A DNA stretch of 60,872 nt, from the IMG/VR virus record IMGVR_UViG_3300044878_000242, positions 1 through 60,872 of that record; one strand, given 5' to 3'. The translations under genes were made by a program, and so were the position numbers. The notes under the pieces are model-generated. The model had not been told where the DNA came from. It did no database searches and saw nothing but the letters and a program-made list of their open reading frames with translations. This document shows, piece by piece, positions 16,844 to 24,725 of this stretch (position 1 is its first letter; each line of letters opens with the position of its first letter). Source of the stretch: a virus (lineage: Duplodnaviria > Caudoviricetes).

Positions 16844-19810
16844 TCAATTACCCCTGAAATTAATGCTCTTTTTTGGCCTCAATTGATTCCCCACAACCAG
16901 GCCGATTCTCACTATCACAACGCTCGCAGAGGTCGCCACCGCCCCTACCGTTTCCGGCGGTGGAGGCGGTGCGCTGGCGGTGGCCGTCAGGGTAAGCGCC
17001 CCCAGCGTTATGGCCGCGATTCCAAGAGCGCCGCCGCCGCCGCTGGCCGCCAGGGTCAACACCCCCAGCGTGTTTGAGGCTGCCCCGGTTATAGGGCTGC
17101 CGCCGGTCGGAGCGTTTAAACCACCCGCGGCGATAATGCCGGCAAATTCAGCCGTGCTGATAGCTCGGTTAAAAACATACGCCTCATCAATGAGACCGTC
17201 GTAATAACTGCCTGCGTTGCCGCTGGCCCCCAACCGAAAGGCCGAGGCTCCCGTAAACAGAGCAACGGTGCTGAACACGGGCGCCCCACTCCGTACCCCG
17301 TCGACCAGCACCCACAGCACCTGTCCGTCATACACCCCGGCCACCCAGTAGGAAACGCCCGCCACTGCCGGCGAACCGCTGACTGCCAACACATCGGCGA
17401 CCCCATTTGCGGATATAGCAAAGTCAAACAGGTTTGAGGTATTTATTGCCAGCCGATATTGGCGTAAATTAGAGGTGGGCGCCCACTTCGAGATAATATA
17501 CATAAATCCCGGCAGGCTTTCTGGCGTCAACCTGACCACCAGCGATACCGCTGCGGTGATGTTTAAGCCGGTAGGGGTCTCATTCGTTAGCATTTCAGCG
17601 TTGTCACGCTCAAAGTCCGCGCTGTCCCCGATATTACCCACCGTGTTTATGTCTGCCAGATCATTATTGTAACTTGTCCAATCGACCCTGGTCCCGCTGG
17701 CCTCGGCCAAATCATAGGCCGCCCTCAAGCCCGAATCCGTATTCAGCACTACCGGCAGCGCCGGCAAACTGTCAACCACGGCCCCAATCTCAACCCCGTT
17801 ATTATTAGCCGCCAATGAGTGCATCCAGAACGTCCCAAACTCTTCCTCTACGCTGCCGCAACTCGCCGGAATAGTGATGGCCCCCCAGCCCAACTCGTCG
17901 GTCGTTTGGGTGTCGTTATCCAGGCCGGTTAGGCTCCCCTGGCTAACGCCGTCAATCCACAACTGGAACGTCCCGTTATTACTCCCCGGCGCCGTCGCCG
18001 CCGTCAATTGGAACTCGATCCGCTGCGCCGCCCGCGTAATCGCAAAGCCGGCCGATGTGCCAATGTAGGTTTGTACCGGGGCATCGGTATCCGTGCTGGC
18101 AACAATATAGAAGCTCCCCCCGGTATATCTTAGCTCTATCCGGGTGTGAGGCGTCCCGCTGCGTCTCAGGTTACAAATAATCAAGTTGCTGCTGTTGGCC
18201 ATCTGGAACAATTTCGGCTCCAGATAAAACCGGTGTCTCACTGTAGGACTATTGGCTATGGTCCGCCTGAAATAATGCGCCGTAGTGTCCTGGATTTTGA
18301 CGGCTATCCCAAACCCATAGGTTAATTCCCGAATCGGGTATAGATTGATCTCCCCGTCGGCATCTGTAAACGTAGTAAACATCCCCGGCAAATAACCGTA
18401 GAGGCCGGGCAGCTCCCCAAACAAATTTTGATTGCTGGGCTGGCTGGCCCTCAGCTCATACCCCCCCATCGTATGCGCCACCCCACGGGGCACCCCCGCC
18501 GCATCTCTGATTAAAGCCATATTATGGCCGGCATTGATAAATGATGAACTTGCGCCGGGCACATATTCGGCATCAAAAGCCGGCGTGGGCGCCGATACCA
18601 GATCAGCGTTCCAGGCTGCCGGCGGGCCGGAGGTCACATTCGGAAACGTGTTATGAACCCAATTCGCCTCGCCGGTAATCGCCGTGGCACTCCGGCTGTA
18701 GGTGCCACGGTAAAAGATATTATTGCGGACTCTGACGTAAGCTACATCGGGAGATTGGTTCACGTACAAATCGCCGGCCCCGCCGCAGATAATGGAGTTA
18801 TTTTCAACCACAAGCCCGTTGGTAAAACTAAAGCTAATGCCAATCGCCGGCCCCCCGTTGGCGTTAGTCGGGTCAATAATTATATTGGAAATAAATCTGA
18901 TATTTTCATTCCGTACCGCCCCACCCCCCTGCCCGCATGCGTACCCAATCCCGCAGTTCCAAACGAGGTTGTCAATAACATCGACGTTCTGGGCTTCTAC
19001 GTGAACGTCCAGGGCGCTTCCGTTGCTTGACCCCCCCGAATCCTGGTTCGCCACCGTTGCATAAATGCCATAGATTCTATTTCGGGTAATGGTCAGCCCC
19101 CCGGCTGACGCTTTTATATCTATCCCCGTTTCCCCCACATTCGTCAAAAAGTCGTGCCAGTTTCTTGATCCGTAGGGCCTTGGCACAAAGATCACATTAT
19201 CGTAAATCTGCACCCCACTGACTGATGTGATCCCGGCATCACACTGATACCCATCCGCCCCCATATCAAAAATGTAATTTTTATAGATTTGGGCTGTGTT
19301 CATCCGGGTGGCGCAATAAACACCATGCGCCCCGGCCCCCGCGCTTATCCGGGTCCGGCAGTCGTAAATTATATTTCGCCTGGCTGTAAAGTTGGTGACA
19401 TTGCGGGCGTGGATGGCATGGCTGGGGAAGTGCTTAACCACCATATCCTGAATAGTGCAATTGTCTACCGTTGTAGTCCCCGACCCAAACCGCACTCCCA
19501 TCGTGCCCGCCGGGGCGCCCGCTCCGTTTACAATAAAATGCTCCAACGTCCACCCGTTGGCCATCACCCGTAATTCTATGGTTTGTGGCACAACTATGGC
19601 CGGATTGTAGATATCCGAGCTGCGAATGGTGATTGTCCGCGCCCGGGTGATGTTCACGTCCTGGTTGAACGTCTGGCCGGCAACCAGCAGGATTCTATCT
19701 CCATTCGCCGCGACCGAACTATTTGCGGCATAATTAATGGTGGCCCACGGCGCCCCCACCGTGCCGGCGTTGCCGTCATTTCCGGCTGTCGAAACGTAAT
19801 AATCAACCAT
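16844..19810 (-). CDS. Tailspike/receptor-binding protein: right-handed beta-helix plus LamG domains
   Basis: YYVSTAGNDGNAGT..APWATI beta-helix N-terminus, repeated xxNxIx turns, YYDGLIDE LamG motif. Confidence 0.75.
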   Translation of the reverse strand: MVDYYVSTAGNDGNAGTVGAPWATINYAANSSVAANGDRILLVAGQTFNQDVNITRARTITIRSSDIYNPAIVVPQTIELRVMANGWTLEHFIVNGAGAPAGTMGVRFGSGTTTVDNCTIQDMVVKHFPSHAIHARNVTNFTARRNIIYDCRTRISAGAGAHGVYCATRMNTAQIYKNYIFDMGADGYQCDAGITSVSGVQIYDNVIFVPRPYGSRNWHDFLTNVGETGIDIKASAGGLTITRNRIYGIYATVANQDSGGSSNGSALDVHVEAQNVDVIDNLVWNCGIGYACGQGGGAVRNENIRFISNIIIDPTNANGGPAIGISFSFTNGLVVENNSIICGGAGDLYVNQSPDVAYVRVRNNIFYRGTYSRSATAITGEANWVHNTFPNVTSGPPAAWNADLVSAPTPAFDAEYVPGASSSFINAGHNMALIRDAAGVPRGVAHTMGGYELRASQPSNQNLFGELPGLYGYLPGMFTTFTDADGEINLYPIRELTYGFGIAVKIQDTTAHYFRRTIANSPTVRHRFYLEPKLFQMANSSNLIICNLRRSGTPHTRIELRYTGGSFYIVASTDTDAPVQTYIGTSAGFAITRAAQRIEFQLTAATAPGSNNGTFQLWIDGVSQGSLTGLDNDTQTTDELGWGAITIPASCGSVEEEFGTFWMHSLAANNNGVEIGAVVDSLPALPVVLNTDSGLRAAYDLAEASGTRVDWTSYNNDLADINTVGNIGDSADFERDNAEMLTNETPTGLNITAAVSLVVRLTPESLPGFMYIISKWAPTSNLRQYRLAINTSNLFDFAISANGVADVLAVSGSPAVAGVSYWVAGVYDGQVLWVLVDGVRSGAPVFSTVALFTGASAFRLGASGNAGSYYDGLIDEAYVFNRAISTAEFAGIIAAGGLNAPTGGSPITGAASNTLGVLTLAASGGGGALGIAAITLGALTLTATASAPPPPPETVGAVATSASVVIVRIGLVVGNQLRPKKSINFRGN

Positions 19811-21354
19811 TAAAATCTACTCCGCTGGGCCAGGTTCCGGCCCATTCGATCACTCACCACCTCGGCCACTACCGCCCCATCTATCTGCACCTGGATCGTC
19901 TGCGGCCCCGCCGCCGCCGCCGCCGCCGCCGCCGGAGCGTTATATATCCCGCCGCCCATCGGTAGATTGGGCAAATTGGGGATGCTGCTCATCAGTTTGC
20001 CAACATCACCAATGGCGCTGTTGATGCTCGCTCCGATGTTTCCCGGATTAACGGTTAGCCAGGCCGGCAATTGAATATTAGTCGCATTTTGAACGGCTGT
20101 AACAAGGTCATTCCATAAATCAACCAGAGTGCTGATGCCTTCGGCCATGTTGGCCGTCATAAATGACGACGCCTCCAGCGCCAGGCTAAATGCCTGCACC
20201 CCAACCACAATAGCATCCAACACCACCTGGAGCAGCCCCAGCGCGATCTCGGTTCCACTGGCCCCCGTAGTTGTTCCGCCAAAAGCCACAATGATCCTGT
20301 CCAGCGCCTCCCCGATCCGGGTAAAGGCATCCCCTACCAGCGCCCCCACCCCCGGCCCTATCTCGCCAAGCTTGGTAAAAAAGCCGGTCACAATTGGCTC
20401 GGCCTGAATGACAAAATCACGCACCGCCACAATGCCGGTCTTGATCGGCTCAAACCAGCCCGGCCCGCCCTCGACCCCCTTGACATTGGGGTTGGCAATC
20501 AACGTCACTACCTGGCTGATGGCCTGGCCCACCTCGCCGGCTATACTGCCGGCAAAAGCCGTCATTTTCTCCTGATTCTTTTCCAGCCAGCTATTAACCG
20601 AAGCCAAACCCCCGGAGAAGGTAGCGAATATGGGCTGGGTCAGGATGCCGGCCAGGTTGGTCAAGGTGTCGGTAAAGGTGGACCACCTTCCCTGGGCCGT
20701 CTCGGCCATATTGGAAACAAGCGAAGCGTCCAGGCCCATGGCCTGCATGGCCTGCCCCACCGCTTCTATATCGGGGATGCCCTGCGCTCGCAGGTCATTG
20801 ATAAATTTTCGAGGCAAGTTGAATCGCTCAATAATGCTGGTGAAGTCGCCGCTGACGGCCTCTTTCAGGGCGAAGGCCGCGCCCTCCAGTCCCTGGCTGG
20901 GGTTGGAAGCTGCCAGAATTTCGGCCTGTTTAATCAAATCTTCCAGCCCCACTCCGCTGGCCTTGGCTGCCGGCAGCAGGCTGGCCGTAGCGGTGGCCAT
21001 CTCCTCAAAGGCAAATGGGGTTTTGGCCGCTCGCACCCGGATCATTTCCAAAATCCGGTCAGTCTCGGCCCCGCTCTTGGTAAAGGCCATCAGCTTGGCC
21101 CGCGTTTGCTCCATTGAGTTGTTGAACCCCAGGCCGGCCTTGACGCCATCAAATAGCCCGCTGCCAATTTGGCCGATACCATTAACCACTGCGCTGATCC
21201 CCCCCGCCAGGGCCGTCCCCAGCGCAACATTCAGCACCCCGCCCAGATCAACCGCTCCGCCCCGTGCAATTGATTTGGCCCGATCAACATCCTGTTGCAG
21301 GGGTTTGGTGTCTCCCCTGAATTTTATAAAAATATCACCCAGCGTAATGCTCAT
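19810..21354 (-). CDS. Tape measure protein (short)
   Basis: AAKTPFAFEEM tape-measure motif; Ala/Gly-rich helical; follows the tail chaperones. Confidence 0.85.
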   Translation of the reverse strand: MSITLGDIFIKFRGDTKPLQQDVDRAKSIARGGAVDLGGVLNVALGTALAGGISAVVNGIGQIGSGLFDGVKAGLGFNNSMEQTRAKLMAFTKSGAETDRILEMIRVRAAKTPFAFEEMATATASLLPAAKASGVGLEDLIKQAEILAASNPSQGLEGAAFALKEAVSGDFTSIIERFNLPRKFINDLRAQGIPDIEAVGQAMQAMGLDASLVSNMAETAQGRWSTFTDTLTNLAGILTQPIFATFSGGLASVNSWLEKNQEKMTAFAGSIAGEVGQAISQVVTLIANPNVKGVEGGPGWFEPIKTGIVAVRDFVIQAEPIVTGFFTKLGEIGPGVGALVGDAFTRIGEALDRIIVAFGGTTTGASGTEIALGLLQVVLDAIVVGVQAFSLALEASSFMTANMAEGISTLVDLWNDLVTAVQNATNIQLPAWLTVNPGNIGASINSAIGDVGKLMSSIPNLPNLPMGGGIYNAPAAAAAAAAGPQTIQVQIDGAVVAEVVSDRMGRNLAQRSRF

Positions 21355-21572
21355 TCGTCCAGTCCGCTGATATTAAGTTTGGAAAACATTTCACTTTGGG
21401 GAATAAACCTGGGGCTGCTGGCCCCAGGTTTGGCGCTGCCAAATATTTTGGAGATTTCAATAGCCATAATCCGGGCCTCGAATCGCTTCCGTTTGTAGTA
21501 GCTCATTACCAGGCTGCCCCTGATGTACTCGCTAAAGTCGTCCGGCCAGTGTCCATACTCGCTCAAAAACAA
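21351..21572 (-). CDS. Tail assembly chaperone, frameshift extension (gpT-like)
   Basis: Lies in the -1 frame of the upstream gene; frame is open back to the slippery site. Confidence 0.7.
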   Translation of the reverse strand: MFLSEYGHWPDDFSEYIRGSLVMSYYKRKRFEARIMAIEISKIFGSAKPGASSPRFIPQSEMFSKLNISGLDE

Positions 21573-21577
21573 CTCTT

Positions 21578-21973
21578 CTAGGTCTGCCGCCCCTGTAAGC
21601 CAAGCTCCGTAATCATCTGGATCAGGGGCGCGAAAGGGTCCACATAAACTACCCTGAGCACCTCCAGTAGAGCCTTGATGAATTCGTCATCATAGGCGTT
21701 TTCCAGAAAATGCTTTTTGTCCAGCTCGGGCGCGTAGGCAAAGATCAAATCACGTACCAACTGCGGCGAGGCCGATAGTTTGGACACTACCCTCATTAAT
21801 TGTTCTTTGCTGGCAGCAATGTCCCTGAAATCTATCCTGGACGCGCTCGATGTCAACTCAAGAATAGCCATAAACTCCGGCTCGAACTTTTTTCGCCACT
21901 CATCGGCCTTCAGTACCGTCAATTGTTTGATATTCAACTCTTCGCCGGCCAGGGTGATGCTGATTGTTCTCAT
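21578..21973 (-). CDS. Tail assembly chaperone (gpG-like)
   Basis: Between the major tail and tape measure genes. Confidence 0.75.
   Translation of the reverse strand: MRTISITLAGEELNIKQLTVLKADEWRKKFEPEFMAILELTSSASRIDFRDIAASKEQLMRVVSKLSASPQLVRDLIFAYAPELDKKHFLENAYDDEFIKALLEVLRVVYVDPFAPLIQMITELGLQGRQT
21632..21638 (-). other. Programmed -1 ribosomal frameshift site
   Basis: In-frame C CCT TTC heptamer (X XXY YYZ); -1 frame reads PFRAPDPDDYGAWLTGAADLEELFLSEYG with no stop. Confidence 0.7.
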
Positions 21974-21974
21974 T

Positions 21975-22574
21975 TTACGTTGCCACAGCCGTTACGCGTT
22001 GGAAGCGGAACCAGGCCGCCCCGGTGTCGTTATCAAGCGAGTTGATCGTGATCGGGATCCCGGCGTAATCTGTCGATTTTTGGCTAAATTCGATGTTCCC
22101 ACCTACCTTCAGCGTCGCCCGGATAAAAAACACCCGCCACACCAACTCTACATTCGCCGAGTTGTACCTGGTTCCCTCTAACCCAAAAACGTACTTTGGC
22201 AACAAAAACCGGCTGGCTACGCTTAAATCTTCATAGCCGGCCTGTCCACTCCCGGCCGCAGTAATGGCGACGGTTCCGCCGATGAGGAGCGCCACATAGC
22301 CGGGTGTGAACTCGGCCAACTCGGTTTCAAACCGGGCCATCTGTTTGATCGCCACCCGGTCAATCGAGTTGAGCAGCTCCTGTACCTCGATGTCGTACTG
22401 CTCCTCCTCCAACACCAATACGGTCGGTTTCTTGGTGTAGCCAACCCGGGCCCAATTGCCGCCCCAGGCCGCCCCGGCTGCCACCGTTGTTTCGTCAGGC
22501 AGCACTTCTCCATAAGGTGCATACCATAGTACCGCCTTGCTTTTGATGATGTTCGTTGCTACTGGATTTGCCAT
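21975..22574 (-). CDS. Major tail tube protein
   Basis: W..VGYT motif, beta-rich 199 aa, canonical position. Confidence 0.8.
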   Translation of the reverse strand: MANPVATNIIKSKAVLWYAPYGEVLPDETTVAAGAAWGGNWARVGYTKKPTVLVLEEEQYDIEVQELLNSIDRVAIKQMARFETELAEFTPGYVALLIGGTVAITAAGSGQAGYEDLSVASRFLLPKYVFGLEGTRYNSANVELVWRVFFIRATLKVGGNIEFSQKSTDYAGIPITINSLDNDTGAAWFRFQRVTAVAT

Positions 22575-22583
22575 GCTAATCTC

Positions 22584-22979
22584 CTAAATATTCAAAAATC
22601 GGGCCATAAAAAACGATTGCACAAATATCCATTGGGTATCGCGCTCAAAGAGCGCTTGCCCCGGTGTCTCCTGAAAGATCATTAAAATCCGATAATTCTT
22701 GAAGTAGTTCACCCCACCAAAAAAAGTCCGGTATAAATCATAAGCCTCGGTCTCAGTTTTTCCATAGAATTTAATCTGGAAACTCTGGGTAATGGTCTGC
22801 CCTTCCTCGTCAATCTCGCCCAGCGGTCGCGTTTTGAAGCAAATCGCCCGGCCCTTCTCAGGTGTGTAGCCCGGCGGAGGCGTGTCACGCTGGGCGTAAA
22901 CCCTTGTCCCGGTCAGAGCCGATATGTTATTTTGAGCAACAATAGCCGCTCGCAGCTCCGCCGGTGGATCAACGTTCAT
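22584..22979 (-). CDS. Tail terminator/completion protein
   Basis: LTGTRVY..FQIKFYG pattern; position before the tail tube gene. Confidence 0.65.
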   Translation of the reverse strand: MNVDPPAELRAAIVAQNNISALTGTRVYAQRDTPPPGYTPEKGRAICFKTRPLGEIDEEGQTITQSFQIKFYGKTETEAYDLYRTFFGGVNYFKNYRILMIFQETPGQALFERDTQWIFVQSFFMARFLNI

Positions 22980-23416
22980 AGTCCCAGCTCTCCCTTAACC
23001 GCTTTGACGATACCGGGGAGTGCGCCCTGCACATCCTGCACCGCCGCCGCCAAAAAGCTATTTGCGTTTTCCTGATAAACGGCATAATCAGCCCCCACCG
23101 CCACGATTGCCAGCGTGTCCCCGCCCAGGTTCTGCTCCGGCCCCTTTTCGTGCAGGCTTTTCCCTCCGCCCTTGATCCCTTCGTATTCTCCGTCCGGCCA
23201 GGTATTGCCGTAGTTGCTCCCGGATTTTGCTACCGTGTAAACTGAGTTGGCCATAAACCCGGTGTCTATTTGGTTGTTGCCGTTGATGTGCGCCTTCGCC
23301 GCCCCCTCCACGTAAGAGGCCAGAGCCTCAGCCAGCAGATCCAGCGCACTTTGCCCCAGCGCTTGTATCTGTTGATCGTAAAACCTCGCCTCTATTTGTG
23401 GAGCATAATCAGCCAT
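22976..23416 (-). CDS. HK97 gp10-like neck protein
   Basis: IDTGFMANS and ADYAVYQE motifs. Confidence 0.75.
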   Translation of the reverse strand: MADYAPQIEARFYDQQIQALGQSALDLLAEALASYVEGAAKAHINGNNQIDTGFMANSVYTVAKSGSNYGNTWPDGEYEGIKGGGKSLHEKGPEQNLGGDTLAIVAVGADYAVYQENANSFLAAAVQDVQGALPGIVKAVKGELGL

Positions 23417-23895
23417 TATTCCAACCTGAAACCGCTTAGGGTTACACTGGTGGCCACAGAGCCGGTTACGGCGCTGTTCCAGTTCAAATAAACCATATCC
23501 CGATCAGTTACGTCCTGCGGCTGGTTAAAGAAGTTGGTCGGGAACGGGCCGATCATGCGGGTATTGCCGGCCGCTATGGGAATGTCCAGGTCAGAGATAG
23601 AAAACCCGCCGGCCGTGTTGGGGGTTACAAACGTCGCCGTGATGGTTGCGTTGTAACCGTTGGCTATCTCCACAAAGGTTGTCCGCCCATCGTTAAAAAA
23701 CTTATGGCCATCGCCGTCCGCCGTGTAAAGCGTCCGGGTGATCCCCGGCCTCAGCAGGATTTGGGTTACGGTCAGCGTAGCCCGTACCCCGCCCGCCGCC
23801 GCCGGCGCGGCCACCACACCCGACGGCTGTAACGTTGCCAAAATCGCCAAAACCAGCAGCAGCCCCAAGACCACTGCCAAAAATACTTTTTTCAT
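23416..23895 (-). CDS. Virion-associated protein with N-terminal signal/TM segment; paralog of 28106-28456
   Basis: Shares DG..NDGR..E..NG and I.AG..R..GP.P...NQ with 28106-28456. Confidence 0.65.
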   Translation of the reverse strand: MKKVFLAVVLGLLLVLAILATLQPSGVVAAPAAAGGVRATLTVTQILLRPGITRTLYTADGDGHKFFNDGRTTFVEIANGYNATITATFVTPNTAGGFSISDLDIPIAAGNTRMIGPFPTNFFNQPQDVTDRDMVYLNWNSAVTGSVATSVTLSGFRLE

Positions 23896-23917
23896 GTGTC
23901 TCTACCTTTCTATAATC

Positions 23918-23945
23918 AGGTCACACAAACAACATTGTCCAACCT
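23918..23945 (+). repeat. 28-bp motif, copy 4
   Basis: AGGTCACACAA-ACAACA-TTGTCCAACCT. Confidence 0.85.
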
Positions 23946-23986
23946 ATACTCCACCTGCCCCCCAACGGGGGGTACTCCCTACTCCA

Positions 23987-24394
23987 CTAACTATTCGCGT
24001 CGGTCAAGGTGAAGCTGTTAACCGTAAAACTTTGCCCAGAAGCGAATGACGTATTGTCAACCGTCATATCCCCGCCGCCGCCCGTCGCGGTCACAGTGCC
24101 CTGCATGTGACAAGTCGTTACGGAACTGTCCATAATCTCAAAATGGGCCGCCGTGCCGGTTGCATCGGCACTAGCATCTTGCCACGTTCCTAATAGCGCC
24201 TTTGCGCCGGACGATGCTGCCGACATCCAGTCCGACGGCAGCGTTAGCGTTGCCAGTACAGTACCCGTTCGAGCTGCCGCGCAGTTGGCCGGCTGTGCGC
24301 CGGTCCTGATCCTGAGCACCGGCGCCGTGCCTATCGTTGTTTCGATAGTGTCGAGCCGGGCGTTACGCACCGCAGTAGATAATTGAATAGCCAT
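23987..24394 (-). CDS. Conserved phage virion structural protein
   Basis: MAIQLSTAVRNARLD...TGTAAHF; Ala/Thr/Gly-rich; GGAGG RBS. Confidence 0.65.
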   Translation of the reverse strand: MAIQLSTAVRNARLDTIETTIGTAPVLRIRTGAQPANCAAARTGTVLATLTLPSDWMSAASSGAKALLGTWQDASADATGTAAHFEIMDSSVTTCHMQGTVTATGGGGDMTVDNTSFASGQSFTVNSFTLTDANS

Positions 24395-24403
24395 AAATCC
24401 TCC

Positions 24404-24724
24404 TTAAATCGCCTCGTGGACATACCAACTTGTTTTTAATGTTTTTGCCGGCGTTGGGCTTTGCCCAAACGTGGCTATAAATTGAATCTCAAATATACCT
24501 GCCTCAGACACATCGGCAGTTGAATAATCCCACCTGAACACCCCCGCCGCCGCGCTCTCAACGGTAAATACCCCGTCTGATTCAACTGTGGCCGCGGTAG
24601 TCAGATTTTTGATTCTGGCTGCAATTGTCGCCCCGGTCAGATCAAGAGCAACATTATCATTGTCAATCCAGGTAATTTGTTGGCTTGGCCGTCTTGCTCC
24701 CTGGATCGCATCCGCTAATGCCAT
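24404..24724 (-). CDS. BppU-N-like Ig-fold structural protein
   Basis: LDLTGATI...GVFRWDY...D...AGIFEIQF. Confidence 0.6.
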   Translation of the reverse strand: MALADAIQGARRPSQQITWIDNDNVALDLTGATIAARIKNLTTAATVESDGVFTVESAAAGVFRWDYSTADVSEAGIFEIQFIATFGQSPTPAKTLKTSWYVHEAI

Positions 24725-24725
24725 A

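Noticed and set aside
23771-23797. Possible self-target of guide unit 3 (codons for AGGVRATLT)
   Set aside because: Only 5 of 9 dinucleotides match, which is compatible with chance. My search for in-window targets was by eye and not exhaustive.
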